From contig NIVC01001294.1 in NCBI GenBank assembly GCA_002269645.1, forward strand, positions 1 through 64,000: DNA of 64,000 bases. The letters are read 5' to 3'. The notes below the pieces were generated by a model. That model was not told where the DNA came from. It saw only the letters and a program-made list of their open reading frames with translations, and made no database searches. Source of the stretch: Macrostomum lignano (Eukaryota). Made by a program: the position numbers and the translations under genes. Positions 23,446-33,319 of the stretch are shown in pieces. How positions within the stretch are numbered: the first letter of the stretch is position 1; every line of letters starts with the position of its first letter.

Positions 23446-26400
23446 TCACACCATGGCTGAACGACTCGTTTCAGTTACAGCTAAAGAAATAGCAGAAGTT
23501 TCAGGACAAGTATCAGAAGGTACATTCCGGTCTTGAAGCTGAGGGCCCTGTCGTTGAACAAAACCACGGTAGAGATCGCCAATCAGCTCAGAGGTGAACA
23601 GTTCGCCAGCATTGATCAGTATCATGTGCAGCAAGAACAGCCCGTTTGTACCAAGAAAGTTGCTGTCAAGGCTGCGCAGAGTGCGGCGCTTCTGGAAAAT
23701 TCGGCAAAGCAACTTGCATTGCTTTTCTTCTACGAGTGTAGGAGAAGTGCCTGCGGGCTTTCCCGGTGCTTTCAGTTGTCAAATTCTCAAATTGCTCTCA
23801 AACTGTTTCTGGAGTCTGAAGACAGTGTTCGTGTTGGTAGTGCTTGTGCTGTACCTGAGGACTGCACTTTGATGATTGCGCTGTGTCTGAGGACTGTAAA
23901 TGAATGATGTTGCTGTGTCGGGGACTGTTAGTTAATGACTTACTGACTTAATGTTAACGAATGGTTTTACCTTTTTATTGTATTGATAAAGAAAACCGGC
24001 TTGATTTGTCTAAGACAGGGTCGGCTGGCTCTTTTACATCAAAATCATGGCTGTGGGACAGCTGAGAGAGGAAAGGAGAAGGAATGGAAAATGGGAGATG
24101 AGAGAAGAGGAGGGGCGAGAGATGGGTTGAGAGAAGAGGTAAGAGGAGAGAAGAGGGGAGACAGGTAAGAGAAGAGAAGAGGGGTGATGAGAGAGAAGAG
24201 GGGAGAAAGGCGAAGAGAAGAGAAGAGAAGAGGAGACGAGAGAGGAGAGAAGAGAGAGAGCTGAGAAGAGACAGAAACCTTGAGCGGGCCGGATTGCTAT
24301 CGTGAAGTTTCAAAGGACCCGAGGGCCGGATAGAGAGGCTACACGGGCTGCAGGTGGCCCGCTAGCCGCAGTTTGCCGACCCCTGGTTTAACACCACACA
24401 ATCACCTCAAGCAGATATTTCCAGACAGCTTACATGCTTTTTATAATCGCTATTGATATTGCCAGCGACGCAACACTTGTCAATTGAAGCGAACTTGGCC
24501 AAAAATCGGTAACGACAAACCGTCAAGCGGTAGATCCACAACAACAGGCTGAGAGTGCAGATCGCCAGCACAATGGGCAGGTAGATGCTAAGCAGCAGGG
24601 CCACCTTTTCCGTTAGCACGTTGGTTGATATGGTGCAGAATGCGACAATCGACTGCAAGTGAGTGAGCGCCTGGTACTGCAGCTTGCAGATGCCGACACT
24701 TGAAGCAGGGAATTAAAGATAATCTGATTTTAATTCAAACGGAATTCCATGTTTAAAACCAAGCAGCACAGATAATCTCTTATTTGGTGTCTAATGCTCA
24801 TGTCATGCCACCAATTACAGACTCCGCGGTAGATAAAGTAGTCTCAAGTCTCACCTTGGAAAAGCTGTTTCTTCCCAATGCGACCACGCGGTCAGGTCGA
24901 GCCCAAAAAATTGACGTAGAATTATGAGCTGAAAGTGCGAAGTGAAACAATGAAGTTAACTAATACAATGAAATAGTAGGTTTTGAATGAGCTGAAAGTG
25001 CGAAGTGAAACAATGAAGTTAACTAATACAATGAAATAGTAGGTTTTGAATGAGCTGAAAGTGCGAAGTGAAACAATGAAGTTAACTAATACAATGAAAT
25101 AGTAGGTTTTGAATGAGCTGAAAGTGCGAAGTGAAACAATGAAGTTAACTAATACAATGAAATAGTAGGTTTTGAATGAGCTGAAAGTGCGAAGTGAAAC
25201 AATGAAGTTAACTAATACAATGAAATAGTAGGTTTTGAATGAGCTGAAAGTGCGAAGTGAAACAGTGAAGTTAACTAATACAATGAAATAGTAGGTTTTG
25301 AATGAGCTGAAAGTGCGAAGTGAAACAGTGAAGTTAACTAATACAATGAAATAGTAGGTTTTGAACGACTTCAGTCACCAGCCTCGTTAGTCTTTCCTTC
25401 AAGTACAGTACCATCTTGAAATCAGATCTGCACTGTTGTGCCGGGGTGCATCTGCGCTGCTTACCCAGAGCTTAGCCGGCTAGAACAGATATATATTTTG
25501 GCGTGTGCGACAGTATGGGAGGCCACCTCCGTGCCGACCTGCAGGGCTCAGCGTACTATTGTTTCATTAAACGAGCGAAAATCAGTCTGGAATTCACGAC
25601 ATTCTCTACCAGAGTGGAGAGACCTCCCCTACCGCCGCCACTGCCACGGCTGTATTGAAGTTCAAAGAGTGAGTCGCGTATCTTGTTTTTTGCGGGTCTG
25701 GCTGGGTTTGAATTGTGCCATAGGGACGGGCTGACAAAGTCTCTTGACGTGATTCCACGCGCGGAGTCAGCAGTCAGGCCGGCCAGCTGACTGACACCAC
25801 CTCCGTGCTCGTCGGAACTAGAGTTACGATCAGGCCTATCGCAACAGTACTCAAATCTATAGACCTTTTGAGCTCACCTGGAGTACAACATTGGCCATTC
25901 CAATCAGTTTCACCAGCAGGTAGGAAGGTAGCAAAGTGATTGACCAGCGACAGTCCGCGCGCTTCTGCTTGCACTGCATGCAGCAACATCTCCCGCAGCG
26001 GAAGCAGCAGGAGCAGCCGCCGTTGAGCGTTCGCCGCATCACGTCGGCTACCGTGGTCACCTCGTCGCGCCGCCAAGCTCTGTCTCGATGGGCGGAGCCG
26101 CGCACCAGACGGAGCAGCTCGGCCGGGTCGACGCCGAGTCCGCCGAAGCTGGCGAGGTCCCACAGCAGCTTGGGCAGGTGGGCCAGGATTGCCAGCGCGG
26201 CCAGCAGTAGAGGCACCCACATGTAGTAGTCTGAGTGCGGTTTGGGTAATTGTGTAGTAGCCAATGGTAAAACTGGAGATAACTACTGGTGTACCATAGT
26301 TGACTGCCAACCAACCCACCCTATCCTATATTTTCAGCAGTCCAATTCACAAAGTACCCTGAGCCCCGCTAGGCACGCACTTATCTGGGGCAAATCGCGC

Positions 26401-26699
26401 CACTCCTGCTCGTCGTCCGGAACTGGCTTATCCGGATGGAACAGGCGCAGTCCCTGCACCCAGCAGAATCCCTCGAGCATGCTCTCGTCCTGGTAATCAA
26501 TGTGAAAAGTCTTGTGCGGCGCCATGCAGGCCAGAGGCTTTGAGAACAGTTCACGCAGGCCGATGCACAGTGAGCAGGAGAGCAGCACTACAGGCGTGAG
26601 CAGGTAACTGACTTTGTCGGCAAAGTCCAGCACCCCTGTGGCGTCAATAATGTTGAATGACTTCAGCTGCTTTAGGAGGATGTTGATGAAGGTCAGCAT
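23446..26699 (-). CDS. inx: Innexin (gap-junction/hemichannel protein), ~418 aa, 5 exons
   Basis: Exons 26699-26381, 26230-25878, 24928-24855, 24698-24434 and 23691-23446; phases 1,0,2,0 close exactly (1257 nt). YYMWVP (YYQWV motif), paired extracellular cysteines, FPSVGIC, TNVLTEKV, NGLFLLHMILINAG. The last acceptor is less certain. Confidence 0.92.
24016..24385 (-). mobile_element. hAT-type MITE with GA-rich core in innexin intron 4
   Basis: Ends CAGGGTCGGC...GTTTGCCGACCCCTG; flanks GTCTAAGA/GTTTAACA (imperfect 8-bp TSD); about 90 bp shared with 52118-52220. Confidence 0.7.
24924..25365. repeat. Seven tandem 63-bp units spanning the 3' splice site of innexin intron 2
   Basis: Units start at 24924, 24987, 25050, 25113, 25176, 25239 and 25302; identical except an A/G variant in the last two. 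Confidence 0.97.
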
Positions 26700-27563
26700 G
26701 TTGTCTGTGTGGTTGCGTATCGCCTAAATCAATGCTCTGTTGCTGAAGGTGATAAGCTATGAGCTGGACAGCATACTTTTTGTCAGTGATAAATGAGGTA
26801 TCTATATAGTTTTTTTGAGGACAGACATTGGCCAATGCTTACTAAAACAACAATTGGCTACATCTAATCATCAAACATGCGTGTTAACAGGTAAAAAGTA
26901 GCAAAATTACTCTTCGATGATGCCCATGCCATGAAAACTATTTGCTCCAACTGAGGGCACGATAATGCAACTTTCGTTTTGCTACTTTCTTACCCCAGCA
27001 GCAAATTTTCTAATAATGTAACCCATAACAGCTCCACAGTAATGGCGGCTTCATGCGACAGGAGAGCCGCTTTGTTGTGATTAGAAGTGCCTGAACTGAA
27101 CGTCAAGTCCTCTTGTTTAGGGTAGATGCTAAAAAGCCTATCAAAATAATTTGAAGAAAAGCAAAATTCAAGCAGCGTGAACAAAAACTTCACAAAAATA
27201 AGTTTGTATTTAAATTTTTATTACGCCATAAAGAGATGGAAAGAAATTATTGCTCGAACTAATATTGAGTAATTTGCAATTTCAGGCAAGGTCTGTCCCT
27301 TTATTCAAAATATACTTAGCAGCAAAGACCCCAGATTAACGCTTTCACGTGGTCAGCTGCCCCAAAAGTTCATCAAGCGGTTGGTGATCATGATGCCACG
27401 ACGAGTAACGGTACTTTTGCGGTTCCTTCACACGTGACTCATCAATGATGCTGCTTCACTTCTGCGCCACGTGACAGCTCGAGTTAGAAGGGGTTTTGCT
27501 GTTACTGGGTGTAACCTTCTCGATGGCTTCAATCCATTGTGCGGCTCCTCAAGTTGAAACCGC

Positions 27564-29189
27564 TCAGTCAAGCAGCTGAAACCGGACGCCCACTGCCGGT
27601 GGCTTGTTGCAACTGCCGGTTTCGTTAACATTTCGCGGCACAGTCGAGCTGTTGAGAAGCGGAGGCAGCCTGCTGGGATGTCCGACTGCCTGATGCTGCA
27701 TACGCAGCATGGGCAGGTCATGATGCTGCAACCAGCTGCCACCGCCGCCATTGCCGCTGCCGTTTTGCATGCTCCGCGATGTGAGCTTGGCCACCGCGTC
27801 GTTAGCCAGCTTCTTCAGGTGGATGAGTTCGGGTTTGGTGCATTTTAAATCGAGAGAATTAACACAAGCCCCAGATGTTTGATAGATCTGATCAATTGTG
27901 AGCTATCAAGCCGTCACTGCAGCCTATCCTATTACCTGTACGTGGCTGTACTTCTAAAGCCCATTACGGATGAAGGAACATACACGTATGAATGAAAGGC
28001 TGTGACGCCCTCAGCCCCTGACTACATGGGATAACAGGTTATAGTTTTAATGTGGTTTCATAGCTGTCACACCTGGTTTTGGACCAGTCCTCTGTCGTAG
28101 GCCGCAAAAGAAGTCTGGCTGACACTGCCGCCGTCGGTCTGGTCGATCGACGAACTCCAGCTGGCGTCCATGAGCAGCCGCGACGTGTCGCGCATTGGCG
28201 GATAAACAAACGGCCGGCCGTACTTCTCCGGCCGATAGTCGCGGCGGTAGACGCTGAGATCGGCAGCTCGGTCGTCACTCTGCTGTTAGAAAAGTTCGTA
28301 GTTTCATCAAATAATAATAATTTATAATTTATTACACCTGCCCTAATAGGCAGATGTAGCTCGTACAACCAACAGCTCAGCCGCAGCTATTGCTCAGGCG
28401 CATCTGAAGGCTGCGTACGGCTGTTCAGTCCAAGGACTGAAGGGTCGCCACACACCTTCAGTTACTCCAGCTAATACTGGTACCCATTTTACAGCTAGGT
28501 GAACTGAAACAGTGCAAAGTTGTTCCAAAGTTGTCACAAATTGTTCGATTGGAATCGGGAATCGAACACCCAAATTTCCAGTCGTGAGCCCGACGCTCTA
28601 ACTACTAGTCTCCGACCCCCTCATCAAAAGAAGCTTATTAACTCGAGCAGCTCGTTGCAGGCAGCTTCAGTTTGAATACTAATTAGGACAGCCCAGCAGC
28701 TGTGCATGGAAACAAACTAATGCAATGCAAAGCAAAGCGAAAGTTTGCCTCCTGTTCATACGTGACAAACATGCGTCGCTTTGACCGCAAACGTACGAGT
28801 GCCCAGCCTATACGTACATGTGCGCGCATAAAAAGCCAAGAACTTCATGGTCCTTTCAGAGAATTACAGCTATCCCTACAGCTTACCAGCCACACAGGTC
28901 GCAATGACCGACCAGGTGGTAGCTTAGGAGCTATCGGCTTTGACAGAGACACGGGTGACGGCGACAACAGTTGAGGCAATGGCTTCACACTGGCTTGCTG
29001 CTGCTGCTTCTGTTTCTGCTTCGATTTAGGTCGTTTCCGGTGCTGCCTGATCGTTGAAAAATTTCGTTGGCCGTCCAGCGGTTGGCCGTCGGCCAAGCTG
29101 AAGCTGCTAATCCAGTGCGCGTGCCAGGGACAGAAGGACGACCGGGCCTGGCCACCAGTTGGTCGAGGAAATCTGGGCTCGCTCAGCAT
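27564..29189 (-). CDS. Hypothetical protein, ~278 aa, 3 exons
   Basis: Exons 29189-28887, 28282-28073 and 27887-27564, all phase 0 with GT-AG; GC/CpG-rich, coding-like composition; contains SVYRRDY. No family recognised. Confidence 0.55.
28385..28620 (-). mobile_element. tRNA-derived SINE with conserved central domain
   Basis: Minus strand: A-box-like CTAGTAGTTAGAGCG, B box GTTCGATTCC, then TTCACCTAGCTGTAAAATGGGTACC, which resembles CORE/Meta-type SINE domains. Confidence 0.7.
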
Positions 29190-30333
29190 GCCGGCTACCC
29201 TTAGCTATTTTATGTAGATGATGAATTAGGGCGTGAGCTGCGACGAACTGTGATTTTTTGGAAACCGATTGCACATCTTTATTCTGCATTAAGTCACTGA
29301 CAGGTACATGCAGTGTTAAATACCCATGCACACATACGCTCGTAAAACACTCTGAGAAATCTCAATCAAGGATCAATGAAGACAAGGAGGTATATACTTG
29401 CAAATACCTTAAGGCTTAGTTTCCGGTTCAGTTCAAACGCATTTGAAAGTAGCTAGCTGAAACTATACATGTATTTCGCTCGCAAATTTACGCGATGAAG
29501 GCTGGCGATCACTTAACAATCATACCGAAAGAGGAATTTCCTTTTTACTCTGATCAACTCAAGTCGCCAATCTGTGGCTGCTTGAAAGGCGCGTGCACCA
29601 AAAGCAGGCAAATAACACTTCGAAGCAGCACTCTATAAAGCAGCCAAAAATTTTGGAGGACCGCGTGGGTCATTTCGCCCATATACGAGTACACATAATA
29701 ACAGCACGTACAAGCGTACCAGACGTACAACTTACAGATACGAGCGTATAAGTTACTCGAAGTGATGAATTTCCTCAACAATGTAGATTGCCACAATTCA
29801 GTTCAAACTTCTTATTCCTTGGTGCCTACCATCCTCGAGTAAGGCCCTTTTTGAGAGCGCAAAGCAAATCCATTGTGTGCGCCTTGCGTTGCCATGGGCA
29901 ACAATCACTGTGGTGAATTGCAGTTAACATGCATCCCGCATTAGACACTCCATTCAGACAGTCCTGACAGGAGGACAAAGAAGTCCCGTCTAGCTGTTTA
30001 AGTGCAGCCACATACGACGCAGCCTTCTAGTGAATTAATTTACAACACAGAACAGGAAAAAGTCTTCAAGTTGCACAAAGAACTCACATGATGACTGATG
30101 AGTGAAAAGGTGCGTAACAATGCGCAATGCGACAATGCATGCAATACAGTGGAATAAACTCCAGTCAGGTAAAGGTGAGTCCATGAAGATCCGCACCCGT
30201 GGCGTTAGTAAAGCGACATACACTGCCCTCGCGGCACGGTGAATTCCTCCAGGGTACAAATTTTATGCGGAAGCGAGAGTTTAAAGGAAACGACCAGAAA
30301 ATTGACTCGCAAAATCATTCGGCATCTGCTTTT

Positions 30334-30586
30334 TGTGACATAGTGACACGATGAACTTTGCTATAGGTTGCATGCACTGTAGTGTTGACTCACTAGCAGT
30401 GGAGTTGTTATTGATCGGCTTAGAGATTGTATTTTATTCCACCCCACCCCATGCGCGCGTTTGAATCTGTCTGCACCCACCACCTCAGTGCTAAATAATA
30501 AATGTGAACAGCCTAGCTCTCAAACGAGCACCTTTTACTCACTCCTGCAATTCCACATTTCTGCCTCGCTTAACAAAGTCATCACA
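30334..30586 (+). repeat. 5' LTR
   Basis: Direct repeat of 32859-33111. Confidence 0.97.
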
Positions 30587-32836
30587 ATGGCGACGAGTCT
30601 GCCCACGCTGGGCCAACTGCTACCATCTACAAACATCGAGATCTTCCTAGAGCGTCTCGAGCAGTACTTCATCTGCAAGGAGGTGAAGGATGAGGCAAAA
30701 GTGGCAACTCTGATCACGTCGATTGGAGAGGAGGCTTACATCACACTGCGGAGTCTGTGCCAGCCGGTCCAAGTGGCGCAGAAGTCTTACGCTGACCTGA
30801 AGAAGCTGCTGACAACGCACTTCGCACCCAAGCCTTCGGAGCTAGCTGCGAGGTTCCGTTTCCAACAACGAACTCAGCAAGCAGGCGAGAGCTTCACGGC
30901 ATTCATCGCGGGGCTCCAGGCTCTGTCAGCTGACTGCAATTTCGGTGAGTCGCTAAATGAGCGGCTCCGAGACCAACTCGTGTTCGGCCTTCGAAGCGAC
31001 GCCTATCGAGCCAAGCTGCTGGAAGTCGTTGAGCCGACTTTCGAATCCCTGCAAACAAAGGCTATGTCGCTGGAGTCTGCAGAGCGTTCGTCCCTGGAGA
31101 TGTCACAAAGGGCATCGGAGTCTGTTGCCAATCTGCAATTTGTCAGCAAGAGAGGTAGCCGCAAGCAGGTGACACCCTCAGCGCACCACAGAGGGCATCG
31201 GGTCAGCGGCAGCGACAACGGCGGCAGCGGCAACGGCGGCAGCGGCAACGGCAGCGGCAACGGCAGCGGCAACGGTGGCGGTGGCAGCTCATGCAAAAGC
31301 TGTGGCGGTTCCCACGAGCGTCATTCATGCAAGTTCAGGGACGCCAAGTGCCATGCATGCGGCAAGGTCGGCCATATCCGCAAGGTCTGCCAGTCCACCA
31401 AGCAGGCCAAGCTACACATGTTACAAGAGGAGCGGATGGCACCTACTGTCGAAGGCGCGTGTGACACCCAGGTGCCCATCTTCGCAGTCCGACCAACAGG
31501 CAGAAACGCTGGACCGACAGTCATGCTGCTCGTCAACGGCCAGGAATGCCAGTTTGTCATCGACACCGGCTCTGCAGTCACGCTGATGCCGCAGCAGCTG
31601 CAGCAGAAGTTGCTCCCTCTGCTACAACTGGCTCCATCGGCTGCAGTGCTGCGAACCTTCACCAATGAACGCTTTCATCCGCGAGGCCAAGCCACAGTCT
31701 GCGTCCAGCACAACGCCCAGCAGCTACAGCTACCGCTGCTTGTAGTCGACAAAGGAGACACGGCACTGCTGGGACGAGACTGGCTGGCTCACCTTGGGCT
31801 GGACTGGCCGACAATAATGGCCCAGGTGCACGCAGTGTCCACCGATTACGACATCAGCGACCTGCATGAAAGATTCGCTGCGGTGTTCGAGAACCGACTT
31901 GGCAAATTTCGACACAATCAAGGCTCCGCCCCGGTACAGCCATGGCCATTCCCGACTGAGCCATGGGAGCGGTTGCACATCGACTACGCGGGACCTGTGG
32001 ACGGCCGCACTTACCTGGTCCTGGTCGACGCGCACAGCAAGTGGCCAGAGGTGCACAGGATGAGCAGCACCACTGCAACTGCGACGATCAGCTGCCTGCG
32101 AGAAATCTTCGCTCGTCTCGGCCTACCGAGAACCTTGGTGTCGGACAACGGGCCACAATTCGCTTCGGCCGAGTTCGCTGAGTTCGTCAGTTCCAACGGC
32201 ATCCGGCACATCTTCTCGGCGCCATTCCACCCGGCGACCAACGGCCAGGCCGAGCGCTTCGTCCAGGTGCTGAAGTGGCATCTGAGTAAGTGCGGTCACT
32301 CCGACGCGCAACTTCAACGACTGCTTATGGCCTATCGCAACACTCCGCACAGCGTCAGTGGCACCGCGCCGAGTCAGCTGCTCATTGGCCGCCAGCTGCG
32401 CAGCCGGCTGGACCTCCTGACACCATCGTTGACTTCGGCCATGCAACAGCGACAGCAGCATCAGCTTCAGCAGCAGCGGCCAGCGCGCCAGTTCCAGCCT
32501 GGAGATCGTGTGCTCTACCGCGATTTCAGCACTGCTGCTCGTGCAGGAGAAAGCAGCCGCTGGGCCGAAGGTGTCATTGTCAATGCCGGCACTCGCAACT
32601 GCACAGTCGATTCTGGGCGCGGCGTACAAGCGCGACACGCTGACCAGCTGCTGGCGGCTCCTGCTGGGTTGGCCGAGTCGAATAGCAGCACAACCCCGGC
32701 CGAGGACTGCGCGGCACCTGACGCTGGCGGCACGCCAGCCTCGCCGCAGGCAGACACGGCTGACTCTGCTAACGAGGCACCCCGGCGCTACCCGACTCGA
32801 GTTCGAGCACCACCTGACAGATTGATGCTGCAGTGA
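30587..32836 (+). CDS. Gag-protease-integrase(core) polyprotein, 749 aa, no RT/RNase H
   Basis: Gag with CCHC knuckle (CHACGKVGHIRKVC); aspartic protease (VIDTGS); integrase DDE (HIDYAG, VSDNG, AERFV) and GPY/F-like tail. ATG placed immediately after the LTR. Confidence 0.92.
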   Translation: MATSLPTLGQLLPSTNIEIFLERLEQYFICKEVKDEAKVATLITSIGEEAYITLRSLCQPVQVAQKSYADLKKLLTTHFAPKPSELAARFRFQQRTQQAGESFTAFIAGLQALSADCNFGESLNERLRDQLVFGLRSDAYRAKLLEVVEPTFESLQTKAMSLESAERSSLEMSQRASESVANLQFVSKRGSRKQVTPSAHHRGHRVSGSDNGGSGNGGSGNGSGNGSGNGGGGSSCKSCGGSHERHSCKFRDAKCHACGKVGHIRKVCQSTKQAKLHMLQEERMAPTVEGACDTQVPIFAVRPTGRNAGPTVMLLVNGQECQFVIDTGSAVTLMPQQLQQKLLPLLQLAPSAAVLRTFTNERFHPRGQATVCVQHNAQQLQLPLLVVDKGDTALLGRDWLAHLGLDWPTIMAQVHAVSTDYDISDLHERFAAVFENRLGKFRHNQGSAPVQPWPFPTEPWERLHIDYAGPVDGRTYLVLVDAHSKWPEVHRMSSTTATATISCLREIFARLGLPRTLVSDNGPQFASAEFAEFVSSNGIRHIFSAPFHPATNGQAERFVQVLKWHLSKCGHSDAQLQRLLMAYRNTPHSVSGTAPSQLLIGRQLRSRLDLLTPSLTSAMQQRQQHQLQQQRPARQFQPGDRVLYRDFSTAARAGESSRWAEGVIVNAGTRNCTVDSGRGVQARHADQLLAAPAGLAESNSSTTPAEDCAAPDAGGTPASPQADTADSANEAPRRYPTRVRAPPDRLMLQ

Positions 32837-32858
32837 GGGTGTTAACTAAGGGGGGAGA

Positions 32859-33111
32859 TGTGACATAGTGACACGATGAACTTTGCTATAGGTTGCATGC
32901 ACTGTAGTGTTGACTCACTAGCAGTGGAGTTGTTATTGATCGGCTTAGAGATTGTATTTTATTCCACCCCACCCCATGCGCGCGTTTGAATCTGTCTGCA
33001 CCCACCACCTCAGTGCTAAATAATAAATGTGAACAGCCTAGCTCTCAAACGAGCACCTTTTACTCACTCCTGCAATTTCACATTTCTGCCTCGCTTAACA
33101 AAGTCATCACA
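32859..33111 (+). repeat. 3' LTR
   Basis: Direct repeat of 30334-30586. Confidence 0.97.
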
Positions 33112-33319
33112 CTTTTTAACCCCTTTTTCTTACCAAACAGTCTTCTTTCAAGGCAGCCCCTGGCGTGGTTCCAACGCATTCTTTTACTAGCCAACCAAGA
33201 GTGCGCGAGACTTGACGCGTTTTTAGTTTACGCGAATAGAAATCAAAATCAAGTCACAGTTAAGGCAAGCGAAAGGACACACGAAAACAAACTAGGCTGC
33301 ACAAAAGCAACCCTTCTTA

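Larger units (their letters stand above)
30334..33111 (+). mobile_element. Young Ty3/Gypsy LTR element lacking RT and RNase H
   Basis: 253-bp TG...CA LTRs differing at 1 base; 5-bp TSD CTTTT (30329-30333 and 33112-33116); PBS TGGCGACGAG at 30588; polypurine tract AAGGGGGGAGA before the 3' LTR. Confidence 0.96.

Noticed and set aside
24924-25365. CRISPR-like appearance of regular arrays (also 33320-35075)
   Set aside because: Units are contiguous with no unique spacers, no cas genes, and the context is eukaryotic.
30461-30586. 42-aa N-terminal extension of the 791-aa ORF
   Set aside because: It lies inside the LTR and starts at TTG; the ATG at 30587 gives a typical Gag start.
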